64,000 nt of DNA from Chrysemys picta bellii (lineage: Eukaryota): contig NC_088791.1 of the NCBI RefSeq assembly GCF_011386835.1, positions 8,804,001-8,868,000 of the forward strand, written 5' to 3'. The notes beneath the pieces were generated by a model. It was not told where the DNA came from and searched no databases. It saw nothing but the letters and a program-made list of their open reading frames with translations. The position numbers were made by a program, and so were the translations under genes. Shown in pieces: positions 1-12,588 of the stretch (the stretch's first letter is position 1; every line of letters starts with the position of its first letter).

Positions 1-123
1 CCGCGGCCGGGCTCTGCGCCCTCCCCTGCCACGGTCCCCGCCGGGGGGGGGGGAGGGAGGGGGCAACAGACGGGACGCGTGGCTTTTTTGCCTGGGGTGG
101 CAAAAAAGCCAGAGCCAGCCCTG
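1..123. mobile_element. Right end of a hAT-type MITE, cut by the window edge
   Basis: Ends GAGCCAGCCCTG, matching the CAGGGCCGGCTC...CCGGCCCTG termini of the complete copy at 45300-45519; GC-rich interior. Confidence 0.6.
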
Positions 124-182
124 GTTCTTCTACCCCCCACTCCTTACGTATGGAACATCCTCTCTGACCTAGTCTGCTAGGT

Positions 183-1490
183 CACTACCCTCCCTTCATT
201 CTTTGAGGGGGTCAGCAAACATGGACAAGGGTGGTCCAGTGGATATAGTGTACATGGACCTTCAGAAAGCCTTCGACAAAGTCCCTCACCAACGGCTCTT
301 ATGCAAAGTAAGCAGTCATGGGAGAAGCGGAAAGGTCCTCTAATTGATCAGTAACTAGTTAAAAGACAGGAAACAAAGGATAGAAATAAATAGTCAGTTT
401 TCACAATGGGAGAGGTAAATAGTGATGTCCTGCAAAGATCTGTACTGGGACCAGTGCTGTTCAACATATTCATAAATGATCTGGAAAAGGGGGGTAAACA
501 GTGAGGTGGCAAAATTTGCAGACGATACAAAATTACTCAAAATAGTCAAGTCCAAAGCAGAATGTGAATAGTCCCAAAGAGATCTCACAAAACTGGCTGA
601 CTCAGCAACAAAATGGCAGATGAAATTCAATACTGGTCAATGAAAAGTACCACACATTGGAAAACATAGTCCCAACTATACATACAAAATGATGGGAACT
701 AAATTAGTTGCTACCATTCAGGAAAGAGATCTTGGGAGTCCTTGTGGATAGTTCTCTGAAAACATCTGCTCAACATGAAGTGGCAGTCAAAAAAAACCCT
801 AACAGAATATTAGGAATCATGACGAAAGGTTAGATTATAAAACAGAAAATCTCATAATGCCACTATGTAAATTCAGGGTACACCCATATCTTGAATACTG
901 CATGCAGTTCTTGTCACCCAATCTCAAAAACGATATATTAGCATTGGAAAAGGTACAGAGAAGGGCAACAAAAATTATTAAGGGCATGCAACAGCTTCAA
1001 TATGAGGAGAGATTAAAAAGACTGGGACTGTTCAGCTTACAAAAGAGACGGGTGTGGAGAAAGTGAATAAGGAAGTGTTATTTACTACTTCACATAACAC
1101 AGAAACCAGGGGTCACCAATGAAATTAAAAGGCAGAAGAAACAAAAGGAATTACTTCTTCACACAATGCAGTCAATCTGTGGAACTCATTGCCAGGGGAT
1201 GTTGTGAAGGCCAAAATAACAACAGGGTTCCAAAAAGAATGAGATAAGATCATAGAGAATAGGTCCATCAATGGCTATTAGCCAAGATAGTCAGGGATGC
1301 AACCCCATGCTCTGAGTGTCCCTAGCCTCTGATTGCAAGAAGCTGAGAGTGGATGACAGTCGATGGATCACTCGATGACTGCCTGTTCTATTCACTCCCT
1401 CTAAAGCAACTGGCATTGGCCATTGCCAGAAGACAGGACACTGGACAAGGTGGACAATTGGTCTGACCCAGTATGGCTGTTCTTAGGTTC
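183..1490 (+). mobile_element. CR1 LINE, 5'-truncated and degenerate (RT C-terminal half plus 3' UTR)
   Basis: DKG-PVDIVY-D-QKAFDKVPHQRLL-like RT motif at about 220-300; ORF 857-1066 reads VHPYLEYCMQF...LEKVQRRATK...YEERLKRLGLFSL (CR1 ORF2 C-terminus); ends in a decayed TTCTTATG-type tail; many frameshifts. Confidence 0.93.
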
Positions 1491-2399
1491 TGCTGTTATG
1501 TTCAAATCCCTCTTGAAGATCTACGCCTACCATGATGTTTACAAGAAATTAGCCAATTCAGTAATGTCAAGTTGGGGGGTACATGGGGATAGTCTATATA
1601 TCGAATTTAAAAAAAACCCTTGATTTATCAATATTGTATCATCAAATCATGACCAGTCATCATTGGTAACTTGTTTCCCTTTTCCCCTACACTTTGTACA
1701 TTTCATCTTGTTAGACTATAAAGTTTTCAGGGCAGGGACTGCATCCTCCTTTAGATGTAAATCACAATATATGATAACCACCAGACTATACTTCCCTGGG
1801 CTCAGTGGCTCTCTCTCATCCTGAAGCCAAGTTGCACCTTCAAGCTCCATTGGATTATTAACAGCAAAGCAGACGAACAGGCATGACAGTGTAAGTGGAA
1901 ATTAGAAGCAAAAATGAAATCAACGAACCCCATGTTTTCCACTGCCACAGTATGTTCAGGGCGAGCGGCTCCCCTGTCATTATTTCATTACAGCAATTTC
2001 AACACTTGCTCCTGCTAAGTTATTAAAAAACATTTTAATCATTTTCCTCATCACAGGCATAACAAACTCTCTCATTACCCAAACGTGGAGCAGCGCCAAA
2101 TGATATGGTGAGAAAATTTGCTTTAAAAAAAAAAACCCCAACACAACACCCACATGTACATCCATAAATGAAAGATCAAACAGTTCAGGAAGAGAGGCAG
2201 GTGACTTGCTGGAATTGTGGCTCTTTGAGTGTATTGCCACTGCAAATCCCACCTCACTGTGGAACTGAGCATTTGGGTGAGAGGCTATATAAAGACCTTG
2301 TGGCTGCAGGCTCATTTCCACTAATGGGGTGCCAGAGGCTACCACACAATTTCCCTCCTCACCCTGTAATAGACCTCATATATGATGGGGGACTGGTGA

Positions 2400-3153
2400 G
2401 TGTGTTCATTTGTTTTCCCGTTTAAATAAAACCGATTTCTTATAACCAAGGGACCAAAACTATTTGGCTGAGTCATTCAGTTGGATCTCTACTGCTCCTG
2501 GGCGTCAAGGCTCAAGATTCTGTGCAACACCCTTTGTCTACCACCAGATTTCCATGCCATGCCCAGTAAAGCATGTAAAGAGTACTGGTGATGGGGGATT
2601 TAGCAAACTAGTTGACGGAGGCTTCCTTTTACACACAAAGAGGCAGGAATCTGACACACACAACTCTGCCAAGGCCATGATAAAAAGGGAGAAATTCTGA
2701 TTCCCCAGAGGCCTCAAGTTACCATCACAGTGCTGTCCATCGGCACAAAGAGGCTCATACTCCACACCATGTGGTGTTGGAGCTTGAGTGGTAAATAGCA
2801 TACTTGCTTTGGAGGGGGCTCCTGGCCAGTGCAGATCTGGTAGCATTGACAGTCCTGATGCTCCTCCCCTTTGAGAATGTATCATCAATTCCATCTTCAG
2901 ATATAGAATGTAGGCATTACTCTAGCCTCAGACTGATCGAGGGATCTGTAACTTTTTAGTTCCATTAGTCTGATTCCTTTTTATCACCTATGAAACGCTG
3001 TCAGACTGAGATCAGTGATCGGCAAAACGAATGTGAAGCTGCTGATAAATGCTTTTGGTCTTTCCAAGGCTAGATTATTTATGTTCAGGAGCTCTTCCTC
3101 CCGTTACATCTAGAATGGAGCTTACTCAGGATGCAGCAGCTCACATCATTCCA

Positions 3154-3206
<53 letters not shown>

Positions 3207-3490
3207 GTCTGAGCATATTACTGCTGTTTTAAACTCTTGGCTTTGGCTCCCTGTCAAATCACATTTTGCTTTGAAAGTTCTTTTCCTCTCCTTCAAGGTC
3301 CTTAACGTCTGTGGTTCATCCACCTGCAGGTTCTCTGTTTGTCTTTTCTTCTGTTCCTGGCCAATTATTAAGGTCAGAATTAGCAGGATATTTAGTTTTC
3401 TCTGGTTGTAAACTTGATTCACTGGGAGCCAGGATATTTGATAACTATGCACCCGAGCTATGGAATGTAATGCCTAATGAAATAAAAAGA
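2400..3490 (+). mobile_element. Ancient L2-clade LINE relic (RT to C-terminus)
   Basis: Degenerate GVPQGSIL-like (about 2500) and DDTQL-like (about 2650) motifs, then PRLDY...QDAAAHII...HITAVL..WLWLPVKS....KVLFLSFK (3049-3300) and GARIFDNYAPELWNVMP (about 3420-3475), resembling L2 SRLDY/QNAAAR/HITPVL..LHWLP and GDRAFSVAAP.LWN.LP. Confidence 0.72.
3155..3204 (+). repeat. (AC)25 microsatellite
   Basis: Perfect 50-bp AC run counted directly. Confidence 0.99.
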
Positions 3491-4000
3491 TGGGCTGTCT
3501 GTGGCATTGGTTCAAGACCAGGACAAGGAAATACACACACACACACAGAAAGACACGCGCACACACATACCAACAACAACACCACACATCTGGCAAGATT
3601 TGTACAGCTTATCATGCCAATAAAGTCTCATTTAATTGAAGTGAATTGATTGTGTGTGTGTGTGTGTGTGTTGTTTTTTTTAAGAACCCTCAGGGATCTG
3701 CTAGATAATTAAGATCCACCCATAGTTGGACTATGTAATATGTGGGGTTTGATCCTGTATAGCCTTTTATCAGCAGGGCCCATTCCTGATCTAACAGCAG
3801 ATGGCTATGTTGGGTACTGCCACCTTTTTCTCTCTCATGCACAAAAGTGTTGATTTTTTTTTAATTATTGGAGCCCCTGGCGCTATTGTGAAGGATTTGA
3901 CAGAAATGTAAGGTACGGTGATTGCTGTAGTCCAGGAAGGTGCGAGAGCTTCACCATGCCCATAAATGTTCAACACTGCATTGTGCAGGGACATTTCTTA

Positions 4001-4216
4001 GAAGTAATGTGGTCTAGTGGTTTAAATGGGCAATGATAATTAGGAAGCCTGGGATTTATTCCCACCTCTGCCACTGCCCTCCTATATGACCTTGGGTAAT
4101 CTCAAATTCTGTGGCTTAAATTCCCCCATCTGTAAAATGGGAATAACCACACTTACCCACCTTTCTAAAGTAATTTAAGATCCTCAGATGGAAAGCACTA
4201 CGTATGTCTGAAGTAT
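4001..4216 (+). mobile_element. MIR/CORE-SINE
   Basis: tRNA-like head (GTGGTCTAGTGG...CCTGGGATTTATTCCC) followed by a CORE-type segment (TGACCTTGGG...CCCCATCTGTAAAATGGGAATAA). Confidence 0.8.
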
Positions 4217-5715
4217 GATCACTCATTCTTTTATGCCTCTTGCTAGTACTCAGTTTATACACTGGAGCCTAAATATGGGGCATGTGCAATCTGGTTCTAT
4301 GCAAACGCCTATATTTCCTTTTATCATACTGAATGAGCACATCACACAGAGCATGTGCCTGGGCCCATGAACACAAATTCTTTGAGAAAAAACTACAAAA
4401 ATCAGTCCAAATATAGCAAGGATATATTAAAAGAAACCACACTAAATTTCTAAATCTGCATATAATCTATCAAGCTAAAAGCCTTACTGTACAGATTTTA
4501 CACCCATGATAACATTACACCAGATTTTACAGATGGACTCTAGACCATTCCCATCAGACTAATGCCCAGAGCCAAAGTCCCTCCACTGAACACCCTGCTA
4601 ATAGCCCCAGATGTTCAGCTCTAGGGAATGACAAGAGCTCCAGCTAATTTCAGATATTTTGGCAATGTGCACAGGTAAACAGGTAGCTTCTCCAGTCGTA
4701 ACAATAGGACTCAAAACATGTAGAGATCAACACCTTGAACTGCACCCAGAAAAGAACAAGGAGACAGTTCAGTGCAGTCATTAGTGCATTGACTTAATAT
4801 GCTCCCTTAATACACAATTCTCTACAATTCTGATGCTTCCAAGTAATTAGCACAGGTAGAGTGCACTGCAATATTCCAGTCTGAAGGTCACACAGGCATA
4901 AATGATTGTGGCACTGTCCACATCTGAGCGATATGATCGCAAACTTCAAGACAAATAAAGACGAAAGGGAAATTTCTGTCTACCACGGTCACCTAGATCT
5001 CCAGGAGCAGTCAAGATTCCAGAAACAAACCCAAGGAAGTGATCTTTGCTGACAAAGTGTGGGCAAGCCAGCTCAGTCACGAGCAAAGATACTGTCGCGC
5101 TGGTTAGAGTGATTCGTTAGACTTTTGGGGGGACAGAAGCCATTGGAGAAATTTAATGCACATCACTTTGCTTCCCTTAAGCATGACATAAAATGTGAGA
5201 GCACGAGCAAACACGAAATACAGCTGTTTAAACCAAAGACATGTTTTTGGCTTGTCACGCTCATTTCCTTTTTCACACAGTTCCCCACATCACATATTCC
5301 GGGAGAGATTTTTAAAGGCATAAAGGGCAATTAGACAGTCAAACTCCCACTGATTATCACTAGAAATGGCTTGTCCAGTGAGCTCAGAGCGTTACGATTC
5401 ACTCCTTGCAACAAAAGATACATTAAAATCTATTCCAAATTGTTTTTTCTTTTAATTGCATGGGACACAAACAGTTATTCAGGCTGCAGTTATTCATACA
5501 AACAGGAATATGATGCAACTGTGTATACAATCCTTTTTCTGCCCTTTAATCTTAAAAGGACTATCTTCAGCCATTATTTAGAGTTAATAGGATAGATTTC
5601 ATCTCATTTGCACTGGTGTAAATCCAGTGTAACTCCATTGATTTCAAGGTCAACTGAGATCAGAATCTGGGATATTGTCTTTAAGACTCTGATGCTCTTT
5701 AAATCTCTTTACAGG

Positions 5716-5761
5716 AACTACAATCCACGGCAAGTTAACTACAATCCACGGCAAGTTAACT
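5716..5761. repeat. Exact 21-bp tandem duplication
   Basis: AACTACAATCCACGGCAAGTT at 5716-5736 and 5737-5757, followed by AACT. Confidence 0.97.
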
Positions 5762-5854
5762 GAACACAGCACCAGGCAGGATTCTGATCTTTTTATACCA
5801 GTTTTACATGGCTGTAACTCCCTTGACTACAGTGAGTTTTTTTCGGATTTACAG

Positions 5855-5960
5855 AAGCATGAGATTCACAGATTTTAAAGCTAGAAGGGACCATTCTGAT
5901 TCATATCTCCTGTATAAAGTTGGACAGAGCATTTCGCCCAGTGATTCCTACATCAAGCCC
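5855..5960 (-). mobile_element. CR1 3' UTR fragment
   Basis: AGATTCACAGATTTTAAAGCTAGAAGGGACCATT... resembles the CR1 3' end at 17136-17230. Confidence 0.7.
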
Positions 5961-7125
5961 GTAATGATCAGAATCAAGCCCATCATGCATGGTAATACAT
6001 GACAGTTTCACAACGTCAAATTGGGGCAACACTGGAAAATATCTTTTATCACATGTGCGGTTCACAAAAGCAGATCAATTGTTTTGCAAAAATTACCATT
6101 CTGACAGGCTCTTCTGTGCGTGAGAGAGAATCAGTAATTTTTAAATGAAAAGGTCTATTTACAGATTAGTAACGAAAGGGGAAACTTTCAACTTACTGCC
6201 TTCTCTGAATTGTTTCGGATGTAATTTAGAACATTATTAACCTTTAAACTGCTAGCAAAGTTTACACACTTTCGCAAGAACCTTTATATTCCCCAAAGGG
6301 GGAAAAAATCCATAATGCAGAAATGAATACTCTGATCACAGCACTTGAGGGTCTATTTTCCTGCTTTCTATTCTGCAGTTGACAAATCCACTTCTTCAAA
6401 ACGGTGGCAGCCTTTCTGCCCTCGCTCCAATGAATGCATCTTGTCAGGAAGGGGCGGTCCCTGACGTAAAGGAGCTTCTTTACCTTTTCCATTTAACAAT
6501 AGATTAATCTCTCTTTTGTTCTCTGCAAGAGGTAGATGTCACATTTTGAAATATGCTTTTACAACAGGTATAATTAAATGTCTAAGAGGAGGGATGGCAC
6601 AGAAATTAGTGGCGGGTCCTTTACAACTCGAAAAGGCTAGCACAGGGTTTCTTTTTCCCCCACTACACATCTGCAATTACATTCCACTGTGAATAATGTA
6701 ATTATAAAAATGGAATTAAAAATGAGTGTGTTGTAAAAGGATTAGTCCTTCAAGCATTTGAACATTTCAAAAGGAGAATGGATTAATGCTGACAATTCAA
6801 TAAATTAGCCATCAATTATTTAAAACACTGTGGCTTTTCTGATTGGAAAAACATTTCAAAAACTAGACATTATAGAGTGATTCTTTCTGAGCGAAATGGT
6901 CCCAGACTTCCAAACACAGAAAAAAGAATCCAGACTAATGTGCCAATGAGCCTAATGGGAATATAGGAAAGTTTCTTCTCTGCATAGTTATCTTGGGGTC
7001 CTTTATAAAAGTGTATCATGACTATATGTTTGTAGTGTTGTTGTAGTCATGTTGCTCCTAGGATGCAAGAGAGAAAAGGTAGATGAGGTAATATCTTTTA
7101 TTGGACCAACTTCTGTTGGTGGAAG

Positions 7126-7165
7126 GGACAAGCTTTTGAGCTTCACAGAGCTCTTCTTCAAGTCT
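7126..7165 (-). ncRNA. Decayed minimal hammerhead motif in pLTR
   Basis: Reverse complement AGAC-TTGAAGA-AGAGCTCTGTGAAGCTC-AAAA-GCTT-GTCC; core changes C3U and G12A. Confidence 0.55.
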
Positions 7166-7338
7166 GGGGAAGGTAGCTAGATTGTGTGAGCAAAATATAA
7201 ATTGGGATAGATTGTTAAAGCATAAGGGGGGTTCACACAGGCTGCAGGAGACCACTTAAAATAAAGAGGGCAATTAAGGCTTAGCAGGCAGTAGGTGTGT
7301 TACAAATTGTTGGAATGAGCTATAAAATCAGTGTTTTT

Positions 7339-7633
7339 GGGTACGTCTATACTTACCTCTCGGTTCGGCGGTAAGCAATCGATCTTCTGGGATCGATTTA
7401 TCGCGTCTTGTCTAGACGCTTTAAATCGATCCCGGAAGTCCTCGCCGTCGACGCCGGTACTCCTGCTCCACGAGAGGAGTAAGCGGAGTCGACGGGGGAG
7501 CCTGCCTGCTGCGTGTGGACCCGCGATAAGTACCTTGTAGTTCGAACTAAGGTACTTCGACTTCAGATACGTTATTCACGTAGCTGAAGTTGCGTATCTT
7601 AGTTCGAACTGGGGGGTTAGTGTGGACCAGCCC
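7339..7633 (+). mobile_element. PIF/Harbinger-type MITE, family A
   Basis: Termini GGGTACGTCTATAC...GTGTGGACCAGCCC; flanks TTT/TTA (decayed TWA TSD); inserted in the PLE; same family as 31814, 50045 and 57810. Confidence 0.85.
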
Positions 7634-7926
7634 TTAATTGACAACAGGGTTTTTAGTGTCTTTAATGAATTTAAGTTCTCAAGCTCATCTTTTGAAGGCG
7701 CTGTGCAGGTTTCCTTTGAGGACAAAGACTGAGAGGTCAGATATGGAGTGATGGTTTTGGGAAAAATGTTTGCCCACGGGTGATACAGTGTTTTTGCCTT
7801 TTATCATTTTTCTCTGTGAGTTCATTCAAGATAGTAGTGGTTGTCTGGTTTCACCCACATAGTGGTTGGAGTATTTGACGCCCTGAATGAGGTACACTAT
7901 ATGTTGTGATCGACATGTGTAGGGTC

Positions 7927-7995
7927 TAAGGGTAGCACTCCGTGTGTGTCATGGAGGTCGCGGAAGTTACGGATTCTGTGACTTTCCACGACCTC
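7927..7995. mobile_element. Single terminus of a DNA-transposon-derived element with an internal hairpin
   Basis: TAAGGGTAG... terminus followed by an imperfect hairpin at 7954-7995 (GAGGTCGCGGAAGTTACGGA / TCTGTGACTTTCCACGACCTC); sits at the PLE deletion breakpoint. Confidence 0.5.
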
Positions 7996-9270
7996 TCTCA
8001 GTCAATTTTTTTCCAGAAGCAATCCATGTAATGATCCAGTGTGGGGTTTTGTCCTATGGGGGTGTCCAGTCACATGGTTCCTTTTGCTTATGACTGTTGA
8101 TGGGGATTTGGTAGTTGTGTGAAGTGTCGTCTATGTTGTGAAAAAATTCCTTGCGGCAGAGTCCGTGGAAGAATTCTTCTAGTTCTCCACATTAGCATGG
8201 TATCAGATTCTGTGGTGGGGCAGCAATTTAGTCCTTTGGATACTACAGATATTTCAGAGTTAGCCTTGATAGGTTAATGATGTTGGGGAGTCATGTAGTG
8301 TCCATGTGGTGGATCCTAGTGTTGTGGCTTCTCCTAGAGGTGGTGTTCTATGGAGTTGTTGCAGTTGTAAACGCACTTAAAATATGGACTCTGCACCAGA
8401 GAAGTCGATTGCACCAGGGAAAGGGTTACCCAAATACCCCAGGAGAACCTGTTTCACTGCAGAAAAAAAATCTTCACTGACCCACATCCCTAGTTTTCAC
8501 CTACCACCCCACATAGAACCTTTACAGAGTATCATCAAACAATTACTTGATGGGGACCACATCCTGAAAGAAATCTTTCCTGAGCCCCCTCTTCTGGCCT
8601 TCAAACAACCCCCCAACCCCGCCAAGTTAATTATAAGAAGCAAGTTCCTCACAGACCAGGACGCACCAACTGAAAACAGTGCTGAACCCTGCCCAGAACC
8701 ACAGATGCAAAACCTTCAGACATACCAATACACTATGATGATCTATACCCTCCACGACACACTTGTTACGATTCATAGATCCTACTCATGCCTATCACAA
8801 CACATGATGCATCTCATCAAGTGCATCAAATACCTCACCAACAACAGTGTGGGTGAAATTATGCTCTTTAATGAATTCACACAGAAAAATAATAAAAGAC
8901 AAAAACATCACGTCACTTGTGAGAAAATACTTTTCACAAAGTGATCATTCCATACCTTACCTCTCAGCCCTTGTCCTCAAAGGAAACCTGCACAATGCCT
9001 TCAAAAGATGAGCTTGGGAAACACTGCTAGACATTAAAATCGTGTTGTTCATTACAACTTGTAACACACCCAACTGCCTGATAAGCCTTAACTGCCCTCT
9101 TCATTTTAAAATGGTCTCCTACAGCATGTGTGAACTTCTCTTATGCTTAACAATCCAACCCTCAATTGCCCACTTCATTTTAAGTGGTCTCCTACAGCCA
9201 TGTGAACCCCTGATGCTTTAACAATCTGTCCCAACTTGTATTTAGCTCAGACACTCTGGCTACTTTCCCC

Positions 9271-9310
9271 AGACCTGAAGAGCAGCTCTATGGAGCTCGA
9301 AAACTTGTCC
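9271..9310 (+). ncRNA. Minimal hammerhead motif in pLTR (partly decayed)
   Basis: AGAC-CTGAAGA-GCAGCTCTATGGAGCTC-GAAA-ACTT-GTCC; canonical CUGANGA and GAAA boxes. Confidence 0.7.
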
Positions 9311-10405
9311 CTTCCACCAACAGAAATTGAACCAGTAAAATATCTCTCTTCACTCACCTTGTCTCTCTTATGTCACACTATATTGCATTATAAATTGGAC
9401 TCGGGATTCGCATTATAAATTAGACTTGGGAGTCACAAAGTGTACTAATTCTGCAAACAGAAGAGGCCAGGGCAACAGAGCATTTCTGCATTGCCATGAT
9501 ACAGAATATTAACTTTGGGTTAATCAGTGCACAGAAAGTCCCCCCACCCCCAAAATGTTATAGATTTGCAAGTATGAGTGCCAATTAAGCTTTCCTAGTA
9601 AAAATGGGGGTAAGGAAGGAAACTCTAGAGTCTTTCTGGTCACAGAATGATGTATTTAGTTGAAGTGCAGTTTATTAGCATTTGCCTTTGTAGTTATTTG
9701 TAAGTGAATGCTAAGGGCATTCTGGACACTGCAGATATGGACATCCATCATAGAAATACCCACAGCTAAATTGAAACAGATTAAAAATGAAAAAGTATAT
9801 AAGAAAAAAAGGGAGCTGGAAGGATGAATATGTGTGGTGGGGATTATTGATGCAGTTCTAACTAAAATCCCCCATGCACTTTTCAAAAAAGATCAGTGCT
9901 GGCACTGATGATCAGTTAACAAGAAGGCCCAATCTTCCTCTGCACCCCAAACTGCAAGACTTTAATGGCAAGGCCCTTGTGTATTTAACGAGGTAACAAA
10001 TAAAATGGACAATCTTCAAACAAATATGGAGCACGGCCAAGCCAAATGGCTTTTACGATGGACATAAGACGACGATAGCCATTGCTGACACCAACCATGT
10101 GGGCTCAGCGGAGGAGGAAAATGAAGATTTATGAGCGCAATATTTATCCTGTGAAGGCAGCCTGTCTGTGCTGTTTTACTAATTAAAATAATCAATCAAT
10201 GCCTATGTCCAAGGCTGGGGCAGATGAAAAGTTGGGGATAAACCAAATGTCAAAAGCAACTCCTAGAAAAGCCAGAATGTGAGGAAAATAAATAAATAGA
10301 ACGACTTATGAGGATGTTTTAGTGCTTTTACCGGTCTAGTGATTGCTCAACGAATTACCACTAAAAACAGCCACTCAATCTGTGGTGAGGGTGTATATTG
10401 TAACT

Positions 10406-10715
10406 CAGGGGTCGGCAACCTTTCAGAAGTGGTGTGCCGAGTCTTCACTTATTCACGCTAATTTAAGGTTTCGCGTGTCGGTAATACATGTTAACGTTTT
10501 TAGAAGGTCTCTTTCTATAAGCCTATAATATAGAACTAATCTATTGTTGTACGTAAAGTAAATAAGGTTTTTAAAACGTTTAAGAAGCTTCATTTAAAAT
10601 TAAATTAAAATGCAGAGCCCCCTGGACCTGTGGCCAGGACCCGGTCAGTGTGAGTGCCACTGAAAATCAGCTCACATGCCACCTTCGGCACGTGTGCCAT
10701 AGGTTGCCTACCCCG
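10406..10715. mobile_element. hAT (Charlie-like) MITE
   Basis: Termini CAGGGGTCGGCAACCT...AGGTTGCCTACCCC(T)G; flanks TTGTAACT / TTAACT are a decayed 8-bp TSD. Confidence 0.82.
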
Positions 10716-12588
10716 TTAACTGCAACTGCAGCAAAGTCCTCATTAAGGGCTTAATCCTGCAATGTACTGAGGCCTCGTCAAATCCCAATCAAGTCAGCGG
10801 GAGCTGGTGGTGCTCAGCTTCTCAGGAATGTTTCACACCTTACTGATTAAGCTCGACAGTCTCCATCCTTAAACTGTTGAGCATATTGAACTCCCACCAA
10901 CTTCCAGTAAAGCCAAAGATAATTGCATATACGCAATAGCTACAAGATCACAAAGGTACAACCATATAAATAGACCTGGGAAGGATCCAGAGGAAAATGC
11001 ATGTAGAGTTTCTCTAGCTGTTCTAGAAGGGAATATCAACAGGATAGAGAAATGCTGGTATATAACCCGCCCCCAATCCAGTGACTGCACCTATGGAGCA
11101 CAAGCCTTAAAAAAGCAGGAGTGGAGGTGTGGGAGAGGATGGTAGTGATAGTTGATAGACTTGCTCTGCTATAACTGACAATGAGGTGCTAAATTTGTAG
11201 GCCAAAGAAGAGGGTGACAGAAGTGGAGCGACACACTCTCTGTTTTGGTTACTGTCTCCAGTTATCAGATGAATTATCAGAAAAAAAAAAAAAAGAACCT
11301 CAAAATTCACCCACATGCAATAGTCCTCCCTTCATGCGCATACTAGCTTCTAGGGTAACCTCACAGGCTTAGTACTTTTGCTATTCCCTAACCACAGCTG
11401 TTCTTTCCTGCTGGTTTCAGGTCTGCAATCCAGTCATTTCCCCCTTCTTGACTGACTGCTGCATATCCTATGCAGCACTGAAAACTGAAGATGCCTTTGA
11501 TAGCGAGTAAAGTCAAATATGTTTCAAAAAAGTCAGCTCTTGAAAGATCAGATTGACAGAGTGCTAATGAAGTTCAGTCCCTGTCAGCAGATATGTCATA
11601 AACCATTACCTCTCTCCAGCTTATTCACCAAGCAGTCCTGCAGCAGAAAGATCAAAACAGACAGCAACCAGTCAACACCCTAAAACATCCCCTGAAAATG
11701 CAAAGGTTGACCCTATTCCAACCAAGGTTTGCAGAATACTGAAAGCCAAGGAAATTGTTCTTTTCCAACTAGAGGAAGTCAGATCCAAACTATATTTAAA
11801 TTAATGATAAAGACCCGACTCAAACCCACACAGTTAAGGTTGAGAATCTGGGCTGATATCGTAAATTGTGCCATCATAAAAAAAATTGAAAACATACATA
11901 ATGTCATAAATTCATCTGAAAGTACTAGTATGAGGCACCTAGAAACAAAACTTGTTAGTGCACTACAAAATACACAGATTTAGAGAGGGAGAGAGAGAGA
12001 GAGAGAAATTATGTCTGTGGGGTTAGATAAGAACCTACAAATAGCAAATCTTATAAATGCGAAGTTGCATTTTCACTTTGTCACCTGAAAAATGGGGATA
12101 ATGATACTGATTTCTTTTGTACCGCGTTTTGAGATCTATTGATGAAAACCCCTATAAAAGACCTAGGTATGATTATATTATTATTATTAATAGTGCTGGA
12201 ATAATTTAAATCAGAAATCCAGACACTACAACGTCCTCTACATGGGGCAACATATTAATACCATTTGGAAACTTACGCTAGTGCAGAATGTGGTTACTTG
12301 CTTATTAAGTGCTGCTTCAAATACATTAAACAGGTGCTACAAGTGCTACTCTGGCGGTAAGTTTTACAGTTCCATACAAGCGCCTTGGGTTTAATTATGC
12401 ACTTGATAAAAATTAAAATAAAATAAATATATGAAATAAATTAAGAAGTTTCTTAAATGATAGGATATCACTTAGATTGGGTAAGCAAATATTTAGAGAA
12501 TTCATAGAATCACAGGACTGGATGGGACGTCGAGAGGTTATCTAGTCTAGTCCCCTGCACTCAAGGCAGGACTAAGTAGTATCGAGAC

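Larger units (their letters stand above)
7031..9369 (-). mobile_element. Old Penelope-like (Neptune-type) element with inverted architecture, internally deleted, with nested MITEs
   Basis: Minus strand: PLE N-terminal motifs (NIINLS, SKGLNCCPT, ELEEFF, WTP) at 8370-7996, GIY-YIG region (VYLIQ...YVGETRQ) at 7925-7640, and a complete pLTR end at 7031. Plus strand 8384-9369: thumb/linker (ILKEIFPEPPLLAFKQPPN), endonuclease and a pLTR lacking its last ~35 nt. Confidence 0.85.

Noticed and set aside
6262-6492. 76-aa ORF in unique sequence
   Set aside because: No recognisable homology or splice context; the length is expected by chance.
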